From Epiperipatus broadwayi (lineage: Eukaryota > Animalia > Onychophora), in assembly GCA_028023455.1 (NCBI GenBank), contig JAQFVV010000003.1, positions 4,402,001 to 4,466,000 of the forward strand: DNA of 64,000 nucleotides, in the 5' to 3' direction. The notes under the pieces were generated by a model that ran no database searches, was not told the origin of the DNA, and worked only from the letters and a program-made list of their open reading frames with translations. Below are positions 1 through 12,089 of the stretch, one piece after another. Within the stretch, counting starts at the first letter, position 1; every line of letters starts with the position of its first letter. The position numbers and the translations under genes are program-made.

Positions 1-2162
1 TTTCACTTTGGTGATCAGCCTTCTATACCTGAGAAAACAATTTGTTGGCATAGCATTTAAATTGATCTTGATAATAAAGTCCAAGTATTTTGGCTTGAGG
101 GCCCAGAACTTAAAGTAATTATTTTTTTGTTTGACAAGCAGAGTTGTGGCTTAATAGGGAATACGTCCAGGCTTATGATGCGATATGCATCCCACATTTA
201 AAGATGGTTCTGTATTCTGATTTTGTCGTATTAGCATGCTTATTAGTAGTTTTAGTTCTAAAAGCTTATCATGATGATAAAAACCTTTCCTCACTTGACC
301 CTGAAAGGTTTTTTTTTAGCAATTTTTTAAAATTGTTTTATAAAATATGACTAGTCATTAGGAAGTTATTACTCTGAAAGAAATTAAAAATAATGCTCCT
401 ATTAATTATTTTCTTTTCAATTGTCTTATTGTTCAACAATCAGCATTATATTGTAGCAACTTCTGTTCCTTCATTTGAAAACTAAATATAAACATTGAGT
501 AAATCAAAGAACACTCGATAGCAATTCACATGAAATTCTATAAATGATTTTAGATAGATACAATGCCTTCTGATAGAAGGGTTAATCGAATCTAAATTAA
601 CAATTATCAATGCCAGATAGAATTCATCAAAACATTTAGTTATAGAGTGAATAGAAAGAAATTTTATTTTAAATATTTTATAATTGTTATGCCTACATAA
701 ACATTTAAAACTTTTGGTCAATCATAGTTGTTTTTATTTAATTTAAATTCTCTACGTTATAACATATGGTTAATCCATTAGCCATAACCTTGAACTGCAT
801 TTCAACTTTGGATTCAGAAAAGTTTGAAAGTTTTTCAAATCACAAACAGGCATTCAAGCATTTTTATGTAGGTGATCATAACAACCCATTCAGTCATCCA
901 TTAGTGTTTTGGCATCCAATATTCTTGACTAGAAGATAAAGAGCCTAGATTAATCAAATAAGTATCTGACAGTAATCTGATGCATGTCATCACTCTTATA
1001 AGGGAACTATCATATTTATTTGGTTGCTGAGTGATGATTACTTTTATATTTTATTCCATATGTATATTCACTTTCATAGTCATGCAGCAAGGAAAAATCA
1101 ATTGATACGTAATACCTACATATAGATATCACAAACCTGAAACAAAAAAAAAAATGGACTGTTATTCTCCTGGATTTTTTGAAAAGTTAAGACAAAGAAA
1201 GTGTTTACAGTAAATGCTTAATCTTAAAGTTTGTTGTTCATGAAGTTATGATGTTTGAATACCAGACATGACTGAATTGATCTGTAAGCCATTATTATAT
1301 CTTTAGCTCTTAAGCTACTCTATGACTGCACTAATCCATTCAAGGTTTTATTTGTAATATGGTAAGAGAATATAACATAGTTTGTGACCTAGCTTTGAAC
1401 AAACTATTAAACCAGAGTTTGAATTAAAAAATCATAGCTAGCATTAATAAACATTTTTTAGCAAAAAAAATTGATCATTTTAGAACTATCACAGTAAAGA
1501 ATATTTTCTACCACAATAGAATATATTTTCTCATTTTGTTCTCTGCCTTGTACATTTTGCAATAATCATTACTAAACATGGAATAATTATTGTCAATTCT
1601 ACTACAATGGGAAGCAACTTCTGTAGATACCAAATAGTAAGCAAAGCTGGCATAACATAATTGTATGATGATAGCCAAACAATTTACATATGGTTATATC
1701 CTATTAAGATTAACACTATAACTTTGAACATGGTAATTTATTCACTATAAACATGATATAAATACTCCTGGTAGAGGTATATATAAGCAAGATAACCTGT
1801 TCTATAATGGCACAAACACAATCACTGGCTACAATTACACTGTTAATTAGCTACATAATTTAATAACTTGATTACATTCTAAAAAACAAACATCACTGTT
1901 AAAACTAAAATTGAATTGTACCTCATTATTTACTTCTATTTTCAATTAATTATCAGTCATATAATAAATTTGTATTCTATTGTATTTTTTGTGTGTTTTT
2001 TTATTATTATTTATTATATTTTAATTTATTTAATTTTATTGCATATTTTTTAGTTTTATAAGTTTTACTTATAAATTTTATTTCACCACATCTTCTTGAA
2101 TCACATGAATAAAGACATCTAAAAATAAGAGTTATTATTATGCATGAAATGAAATGGTATGA

Positions 2163-2720
2163 ATTAATTGTATTTATATATTGGATTATTTCCATAGTCT
2201 GACATTAAGTATTTAATATCTTTAGAAAAAAAATAACTTTATTTAAATATTCCAATTACATTACAAAGCATGCAGGTTAGTATATGCACAATGTTTCAAG
2301 AAGTATTATTCTCCTCTTTTCTTCATGTATTGCTGGCCTGGCCAGTGACAGTACTAGCATGGGAACCAAACCTGGATTTCTAGATTCTTGAATTTTGAAT
2401 TTTAAGGTAACACTTTAACCAACTGTACCATTCTGCCAAAGAATCAGTTGGTTAGAGTGTTATCTTAAAGTTCAGTATTCAAGAATCTAAGGGTCCAGAT
2501 TCAATTACCATTCTAGTACTGTCACTGGTTCAGACCAGTATCACCTAAAGAAGAGAAGAGAACAATACTTCTCAAAACATTGTGCATATACTCCTAATCT
2601 GTGTGCTATTACTAACAGGAATATTATTGGAATATTTAAATAAAGTTAAAGTTTTCTAAAGACATTCAATATTTAATATTATATGATGAAAATAGTCCAA
2701 TATATAAATACAATTAAATA
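2163..2720. mobile_element. Head-to-head inverted dimer of a tRNA-derived SINE with a Penelope-type hammerhead-like tail
   Basis: Arms ~2163-2425 and 2445-2720 are reverse complements around a 19-nt spacer. Read outward, each arm starts CAGTTGGTTA(G/A)AG (A-box remnant), then a B-box remnant (ggtttggttccc / gattcaattacc), then cac-CTGAAGA-A-GAGAAG..CTTCTC-GAAA-CGTT-gtg as reconstructed from the two arms. Confidence 0.7.
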
Positions 2721-3111
2721 TCATCATCACAAACCTTCAGGAGAATGAAATAATTATTCCACATGATTGTGTTTGACAATAATAAATATATTCATCTTCA
2801 ATTAAAATGTATATCTGCACTAAAAATAGTATGATAATGTCTAGCTTAAAAAATAACTAATAATAGTCATCAAGATATTTATTTAAGGTGGATGGAGTCA
2901 TAGTTATGGGTGCAGTAAATTTAGTATCTTCACAATAAATTGTAATATATATATATTCAATAAATGTATTTTTATTTTACATTCATTGCTTTTTTCAGTT
3001 GATCATTTTAAATAAGTAGGTAAATTAGATTTTTAGGATAAATATTTTACTACAGATCAAAGATATTTCAATAACATCTCCTTAAAAAGATAATGAAAGA
3101 GAATGTGATAC

Positions 3112-3192
3112 TCATCAGATTTTCTAATATCTGGGTTCTATTGGTTTCAAATATTTTCCAATGCTCATCCACAGCTTGATCAATTTTGTCAC
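3112..3192 (-). CDS. Possible isolated 81-nt exon (GDKIDQAVDEHWKIFETNRTQILENLM), product unknown
   Basis: tgtttcag acceptor, GTATCA donor, open phase-1/phase-1 frame with protein-like composition. No homology recognised. Confidence 0.2.
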
Positions 3193-3205
3193 CTGAAACA
3201 ATATT

Positions 3206-3604
3206 TAAAAATATGTGTTTTAAAATTATTAAAAAAATTATTAGCACTTAATTAAAAGAATTTCAGAGTGCAGAGGGAATACATCTTTTTTCTATATCTA
3301 TGACATATGGTTAAATCCATTTCAAATAAACAAAATTTCCGAGACTTACAATTGATTTCTCAAGTAGCTACCCTATAGTCAGTATAGCTAATTGACTAAT
3401 CTTATATATTTAGCTGTATTGGTTATGAGATAGTTACTTGAGAAAACAATTCTAAGCCTTTTAAAAATTATTTATGTGAACCTGATTTGAACCAGATCAT
3501 AGATACAACACAAAAAGATGTGAAGATGTATTACCTCTGCATTCTGTAATTCTTCTAAATAAGTGTTGATAATTGTTTGAATAATTTTAAAATACATAAT
3601 TTTT
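3206..3604. repeat. Imperfect ~400-bp palindrome, possibly a PLE pseudo-LTR-type inverted pair
   Basis: Arms pair around a spacer at ~3391-3410 (e.g. cagagtgcagagggaatacatctt vs aagatgtattacctctgcattctg). A CTTGAGAAA...CGGAAA motif lies near the centre when read outward. Confidence 0.65.
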
Positions 3605-6313
3605 AGAAACATCTCAATTGACAAAATTAATTGATCAGGTCCTTAAAAAGATTATAAGTTTAAAACCAGTCTGGGATGTAGACATAATAATATTATCATC
3701 TAATATGCATTGACTACTCAAAAGTATAATAGATATCTCCTAAAATAAAATAAACTGTTCTTAAAATTTCATTTACATTTTAATATTTGTGTTTTTATAA
3801 TAAATGATTTGTTAATTTTACATATCAAATATTTACTCACTTTTTTTTCTAATGTCACAGAATTCAACAATTTTATTTAATATTTGTTTTTTTTTACTTT
3901 TTCAATTTATGCATTCGTTCTACATTTAAAATAGACTTGAAGTTTGCAAATGATAGATTAGATTTTAAATCTGGGGTTAACCCTTTTACCAACTAATTCC
4001 ATGAGTAGAATATATAACAATGAAATGAATCATCCCCAACAATGTGAGTGTAGCTTTTTTAAGGAATTAGAACAGGAAGTAAAAAAAATCTAAGAAGTAT
4101 GTTATATTAAAGTGCACATCATGTCAGAAATCGAAAAACAGCATTATGCATCTTAATAATTAATTATAGTTTGCTTTAAAATTAATTTGTTTTATTAATA
4201 AATTGATGTATTGAGGGTCTGCTTGATAGTCTTTTTTATTGCATATACTGCGTGTATATAACAACAGCAATAGTAAACAATTATTCAGCATTGTGAATAT
4301 AAAATAAATTGAAATAATATTAAAACTTCATTACCATTTACAATATTTTAAATTTTAATAATTGTATGTTTTAATTTATATTTTCAATTTTATTGCCTAA
4401 TTTTTGCATCATGTAGCATTTATAGAATAAGATTCAAAATATTGTAGTTTTTAGTATTGCCTATTATTTTTTAACAAAAATTTCCACGAGTATAGTTAAA
4501 AAGAACTTTGACAAGTAATACCAACTGTACTTAAATCCTTCTAAAACTGACCAAAATCTTTTCTATATAAATACATAACAGTAATAATAAAACAGATAAA
4601 AAAAAATCTTCACACAGCTGATGTTTTAATGTGATCCAATTCATTCTTAGAGTTTACATTTTCAGATATTGTAAGAACATGTTTTATATATATATCTTAA
4701 GAAAGTGTAAATTCTGTATAAAGTCCGCAGAGATGACACCGAATCATCTATTGTATGTTCATTTTTATTAAATATTTTGTTATTATTGCTATATATTTGG
4801 ACAGAAACGTTTCTGATTGGTAGTTTTAAAAGAATTTAAATACAGTCAAAATAGTTTTCAATCATATACATAAAGATTACTGTTAAAAAATCTTAAACAA
4901 TAATCTTTTATAGACATATTTTAACTATGCTTTGAAAGTTGCTTTTCACAATTAAATGAATTTCTTAACTATAGATTGTACAAATATTATTTTTAAAGAT
5001 TTAATTTTTTTTTTTTTTAAAGAATTTTTTCGAAAAGATGACAACACTTCAGAGTAAGTTTTTAATTATTTATATATTTTTATGTACATTTAAATTTTAG
5101 TTTATCATTCTTACTAATATATAATATCTATTTTTATTTTTTATTTTCTGTTTATGCATCATTTTTAAAAGTTAAATATTTGCTAATTGGTATAGATAAA
5201 AATATTAGAGAATGATTTAAAGATAAAACTGTTGAAGAACATATGATGATATATTCACATGCATAATAAGTAATTAATGTGAACACAATTTTAAAAAAAT
5301 CTTTAACTGGTTGTTACTAATGATTTATCCAATATATACAGAAGAATTAAAATAAATGAAATAAATGAGTTTAAATACAAAAAGTTTGTTTTAAAAGACA
5401 AATAATATATATATTGTAATAGTATAAAAATATTTATTATTCATCAGATAAAGGAAGCCAAATATAATAGTGTTCCGCTCAGGTAAAAGGTCCTATTCAA
5501 GCTCGACTTGAATTGTCAAATGTAATGGTATTAAAATAAATGAAATAGGTAGAATGCTTATTTAATATTCTAAATAGCTAATATAATAATGCATGAATAT
5601 TAAAAAATATATAGAGAAGGTTTAGATCAGTGTAATAATTTAATGATAATGATCATGAAAAACAGTTTAATTAACAAAAATGAAAATTTATTAATGTAAA
5701 CAATAATAACAATATATATATATATGTAAATTAAAAAAAACAAACAAATAAAATATTCCTTGTCAAATAGTTTACAACTGAATTGATTACCAAAAAGAAA
5801 AATATATTATATTAGCACAAGTAGCTAAATAAATATACAGATATATATTTTGCAAAATTTAATTAGTATGTTTAATTTGTTTATTGTTTTATAAGCTTTT
5901 TTATTAACTTACTCTGTCAGTGTACGAATCTGTCTGTATGCTTACATTATTAAAATTTGCCCTGGCTGAGATTTTTTAAAAAATCTTAATAAATTATGTA
6001 AAAAAAAAACATTTTTAAAATAATGCTTTTATGTAAACAATATTAGCTGACTAAGAAGTAGAAAAATAACAAAGAAATCTGACTAAAAAATAGAAAAAAA
6101 CTGAATCTCAGTTAATTTTCCATTCTTGAAAAATATCAGAAATCTTAAGAATGTAGACTTGTTATAAAATAATTCAGATTTTCAATGGTATGGATGGCTG
6201 AAGAGTTGGATGTTGGAGTGGATTGAAGCCTGTTCATTAAAGTGTGAAGATTTGCTATTTTAATATAAACTGAACACTGATTATATATATATGTGTGGGA
6301 AATGATAATCTTG

Positions 6314-6355
6314 ACCCACTGATGAGTGCTGGTTTAGCATGAAATGTGTATATTG
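6314..6355 (+). ncRNA. Decayed minimal type-I hammerhead ribozyme motif (PLE type)
   Basis: CTGATGA (6319-6325), stem II gtgct/agcat, GAAA (6341-6344), then TGTG-TA, which reads as CpG-decayed GAAA-CGCG-TA. Stem I does not pair. Confidence 0.5.
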
Positions 6356-9293
6356 ATAATTATTTATCTTTTCTACATGTATATCGTCATGTGTATCAGT
6401 GGTATAAGATAGTATGGATAATTGAAGGGTGCTTGAAAGTCAGAGTTCAAATCTGCCTATATTTACAATTAGGCTCCAGGTATGTAAAGAGTGCCTGTAT
6501 TTCAAATATTTATAAAATAATTGAAAATTGCAACAATATTGTTATTTCAAGAAGGCATTTGAGGCTCAAAAAGACCAAGTGCTTTTACAAAATGATATTC
6601 CTACAATTTCCAATTCATTTACAACAAATATAGATTCTTAAGTCTCTGACATTTTCCAAGAATGACAAATTAACCAAGATTCTTTTTTTTTTTTTTACTT
6701 TTAAGTCTATTTACATACGAGCATTATTTTTAAAAATTATTTTTACATATTTTTCTTATCATAATAAGCAAAATCTTATTAATTTACATGCATAAAAATA
6801 TATTATAAATGTTTATTAAATATACACACTTTCATTGATATTACTCATAAATATTTATGCATGAAAACTTATCTTTATTTTTTTAAAAAATATGAATGAA
6901 GAAATAAAACTTCATACTTTTATTTAAACAAATTAAAATTATTATTAATAAATATATTGCTTTTATTTATTTTTTTTACTATTTTTATTTGCTATTTCTT
7001 TTTGGTAATGATATATTTTCTTATATATTAAACAAAAACATGCATTTTTAAAGCATAAAGAATTTATAAAAAAAAAAAATCTGGCAAATTTTTATTTCCT
7101 ATTTATAAGGAATGTCTATCAAATTGTAACACCCTTGAAAAACAATATTTATTATGTACTCCAAAAATTTTATGATTCACTTATACATTTTATATAAACA
7201 TATACCAACAAAATTAATGTATAGTTCAAACTCTTGTAGATTTTCTGCTGAAAATCCCATGATATTGTCTGTTAGCAGGTAGACATTATATTTAATTTCA
7301 ATTTATTCCAACTGTGGCAATTGTTAATTTCTTCAAAATATCTGACAAAGAATATTGCAGCACTTAACTCTGATAATTATTACAATGAGATGATTTTTTA
7401 TCTCATGTTATTTTATTCAGATTCCCAAAAATATGAAGTCCTTTGAGCAGACATTTTATGAATTTAATGTTCATTTCAAACTTGAAATAAAATTATTGAT
7501 GTATACATACAAACTTTTGTGTAATTTAGATAATGGGACAAAAATGGAAGAAAGAGTCTAATCTAAGATCAGGGGCTTAAATAATTTTCTCCAAATGATG
7601 TTATACTTATGTCATTATCCTAGATATTGTTTTTATGTCACTTCATTTTAACAACTCTATTGTAACTCATTTCCAAAGTCTTTTCTATTAAGAATCAATT
7701 TTACTCATATTTTCACTCAAATAAAAGTTCTAATAAACCAGGTTCATGATGTTAAGATATTCTTTTAAAACTTTATAAAAATAAATACTACAATATTTTA
7801 AAAATAATAAAAAATATATAATTATATAAATTAAGCATAAATTAAATTCAAAATTATGTTGAGATAAAATAGACATTCCTTTTATTATTTATCAATTCTA
7901 AATACCGTAATTAATATTTTATATACCAGTTTTAACTAAATTAAACATTTTAAAATAATATATTTAACACCTAAAATTTAATGCTTTTTGAATTATCTCA
8001 TAAGATATAAAACACATACACAAGCATATACATACTTTAACAATAATTTAATATTTTATTTATGTTTTAAAGCTTATATTTGAAATGCATATAGTAAATA
8101 AAATGTCAGCAAATATACTCACCAATATGTACTTTATTTTATTATTGCTATTATATAAAACCAGTTATATACTTTTATTAATATATGCCTAAGATAATAC
8201 ATATACATTATTAATTTTATTATATTGTTCTAAGAATAAAAAATATTAATTTTAACATTTTGTTGTAATATAAATCAAATATTACATTTTGATACATCGC
8301 TTATTTAAAAAAACTTGTGACCATTTTATATTATGATGCATTATTAAAACACCATTTAATAATATGGTAAACTATTTTAATTATATCTAAGTTAATTTAG
8401 ATAATCTTAAAATTAAAATAAAAGAAATAAGCTAACAAAATTTTTATATATCGCACATTACCAAGTTTAAATTCCATTACAATACCACAATATATATATA
8501 TATGCCTTAATAGTTTTAATAAATCTAAATTTTTTAATAAATAATGATTAAAAAAAATTAAAGCTGTTGCTCTCCCTCTGTCCATAAAGTGTTGAAAATA
8601 CTTTTTATGTAGGTTGTGTAGAAATGAATGCACTTTAAGTGCTATAATTTATCAATACCTATGATATTTGGTTACAAACCATGTCAGGTAATACATTTTT
8701 TAAACACACACATATAAATAGACATGTAAAAATACTATATGCACATTATAAACAAAAAAAAATTAAAATTTATTTTTATTAATTTCTAATTTTTTATATT
8801 TTATTTATTTATTTTCCAATTGCAAGTAGCTAAAATTGTGGATATGGAAATTATGAATATAGATTATTATTTTCAGTTAAAATTAATAATATTTAAAAGA
8901 TAAAATATTTTTTACTTTTATTAAGCCAAAGTTATTAAATAAATCAATAAGTAATTTAATAAATTCTAAAAAATAATTAATTGCTAGAAATTTGTTCTTA
9001 ATCTTCTTATTTATAACCCTTTTAAATACTAGATATAACTAATGATATATTCAATAAATACAAAAGTTATAAAATAATTGTGTTTAAATATTTTTTATAT
9101 TACCTGCAGAAGTGAATTAATACAGCATTTTCAATTTTTATTATTTTATTGTTGAAAATTAAATCCAATTATAAATTTAACTAATTATTAAAATTTAACA
9201 TTTATTTTTAAGAAAAACTGAATTAAATAATTGTGAAAATAGAATATTAATTTTTTTTTCTATAAACACATAATGAAAAAATAAGATATATAT

Positions 9294-11830
9294 TGTATCC
9301 TTCCAATAGAACGATGACCCTAGAAAACATGACAGGTTCCTAAATTAGGCAATACTGTTACTTTATCTAGATACAATTTGATAATGTTATTTATTTCTAG
9401 ACTATGTTTAATTATTATTAGCAATTATGAAACCCACTTATCCCATCAATAAGATTACATACCCTTTAACATTAAACAAATAGCGAAGTATTTGTTCAAT
9501 GGCACAAGAATACTAAGACACTCCTTCTTATTAAGTATCTCAATATTCTCATGCCTAACAATAATACTTAAATAAATATAATAAAATATCTATAATTAGT
9601 AAGTTTAAGTTAACTAATTAATAAGTTAGATTATCATTTTATTGTATACTGATCTTTTATTATTATTACTTTTATAGGAGTATAATTAACAATAACTATA
9701 CTAATAATATTATACTAAGGGATCTCAGGATTATAATTGATTTTTAATTAGCTATTTCTTTCTTCTATAAGATATCAAGAAGGATCCTACTTAACTTTAT
9801 GTGTATCAATTAAACAAAGACTTATAAGCTTCATCTATAATTAAATTATATTACTATTTTTTATTCATATTCTCTAATACTTAATATAAGCTTGTTAAAT
9901 TATGTCATGTGATATATGACTTGATTTCTTTGTAATTTAATAATAAATAATTATTGTTATCTAAATTGTAATTATAATTTATAACTTTAAATAATAACTA
10001 ATTCATACTCTGATTTCCTATAAATAAACATACTTTAATAAATTTGCAATATATTTTATCAATGACTTATGTGATTAAGGCAGTTTGAAATAATTTAAGA
10101 TCCCTTTAAGAAATATTTTCCCAGATAACTGTTATATAATATCTTGTACTGAATTAATTTCTCCTCCAAATCTCAAACTGCATGTTTTGGTTAATGTGTA
10201 TATTACAATTCATACTCTTGGATTATGGTATAATGATGATGATCTCAACAAAAGAAATGCAACTCTAGATACTTAGTTTAATTTTTAAAACATTAACTTT
10301 ACATCTTATTTACAAATTTTTAATAATTAAGTTTAACTAATAAATGAATTAACATAAAACAATATAAAAAATATGTAACAATCTAATACAATAATATATG
10401 TAAACACTTAAACATTTATATTTATCCAAATTACAATCACAAGTATTTAGAATTAATTCTTCCCTTCTCATAAGATATAGTATTATTGTTATATTAAAAT
10501 TGATTTCTTACACAACAAAACTATGTGTATTTTTTAAATAATCAATTCTTTTTAATGGATTTTACTTATAATTATTACCCGTTATATTTCACTTCAGAAT
10601 TATAAGAATATTGAAACACACATTTATTGTTTTTCTTCTTCAATAAAACAATTTTATTGTAATTATAGAAAAATACATATTTATTTGTTTTAAATTCTAT
10701 GATATTTAGGTTTTGATCTTTTATGAAATTATTAATTTTCTTCTCTAATATCCCAATCACTATTCCCATGGTCTTCCAATCAAACTCTATAGCTAACTAA
10801 AAAAATGAAAGTTTATACTATACACTCTCAAATATAACTATTTTCTCTTTCCCTGAAATAACTTCCATGTACAATTTAGGATGGTGTATTAAATGTTGAT
10901 ACATCACTCTTTGGTGCTTACTAAAATAAAGGAAAAATCCTTATCTTCATTTTATCTAATAACTCAGGTATTAACTTTCTATTTCCAATTTATACCGGTT
11001 TCGTACATTTCTTACAAATAATAGCCTATGAAGAATTATAAACCAAAATTAACTATGACTCTATTACAATTATATTAAAACATTATTTGTTAAACATAAG
11101 ATTAAACTTTAATTATTACCATTTATCATTTTTAATTTTATATTCGAACATAAACATATTCTCTCTTCTTATAATATATATATGTAACTATTTTTATGTG
11201 TATATTTCAATAGCTCATTGTTCACGTACATTTATTTTAGTTATCTAACAATATTTAATAAAATAAAACTTTAAACAATTAATTGTATAAACAAATCAAA
11301 TTAATTATTAATTTATTTATCTATTGATTTATCCCCCCATATTGATAACGATTATTTTAAAGTATGAAATTAAACTATATACAAACATTATATCACAAGT
11401 TGTTTTTTAAAAAAAAAAAAAAAAAAAAATACAAGTTCATTATTACAAAAAGACATTAATTTTTTATTCCAATCATTCCCAATGCTTCAAACTCATTACA
11501 GCATCAGCATTCCTCCCAATTATGCTCCTTTTGTTCTCATGAGAATATCATCAAATTATACAATTTCAATGTAAACAGATTATTAACAATGTCTCGGGTT
11601 TTTTTTCCATTGACAATTTTAATAAATAATTACTTAATTTTCGAGCCGACTGCTCATTTAACATATTCCTTTTACATTTGTCCTGTATTACATCCATATA
11701 TTCTTCTAACTTTTAATCCTTTATTTGACATATATATAATTCATCATAAAATTTTATTATATATGAAAGTTATACTAAAACCAATAACGATCTATTTATA
11801 TCTTTTGTCATTGCAATTTTCATTCAAATA
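9294..11830 (-). mobile_element. Old retroelement 3' segment (dispersed repeat, copy A)
   Basis: 9294-~10800 aligns in inverted orientation to ~30950-32773 (shared ttaacattaaacaaata, tatttgttcaatgg, gatctcaggat, atcaatgac, aaagaaatgcaac). Faint RT-like FDD remnant near 11550. Confidence 0.55.
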
Positions 11831-12089
11831 AACTTTTTTTTTTTTCAAAGGAAGGTTTATTGTTACAAAGATATATAATTTAATGACATTCACTATGAGC
11901 AAGACAGCTCTGTGTTAACAAATCCAAACATATAAACTAACACAATTAACTTAAACACGGGGATACAATGAATAATATTACTTTACATTCATCATTAAAA
12001 CATATATGTACATAGATTTAAAATAAGCATGGATACACACCAGGTCAGCATATTTAATTATTTCATTGTGGACATCTCAATGTCACTCA

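Noticed and set aside
1500-1890. Minus-strand hydrophobic frame resembling a membrane-protein pseudogene
   Set aside because: Several stops and no recognisable family. AT-rich DNA produces such frames readily.
7276-7500. WH1/EVH1-like frame that would fit a WASP-like gene
   Set aside because: It needs a frameshift at the key WEQ motif, the splice phases do not fit, and the similarity is too weak by eye.
9463-9554. Well-formed minus-strand exon candidate (HENIEILNKKECLSILVPLNKYFAICLMLK)
   Set aside because: It lies inside a dispersed repeat that has a homologous copy at ~32400-32540.
10677-10796. Death-domain-like exon (DWKTMGIVIGILEKKINNF)
   Set aside because: The region aligns with repeat copy B at ~30970-31070, so the resemblance is probably chance.
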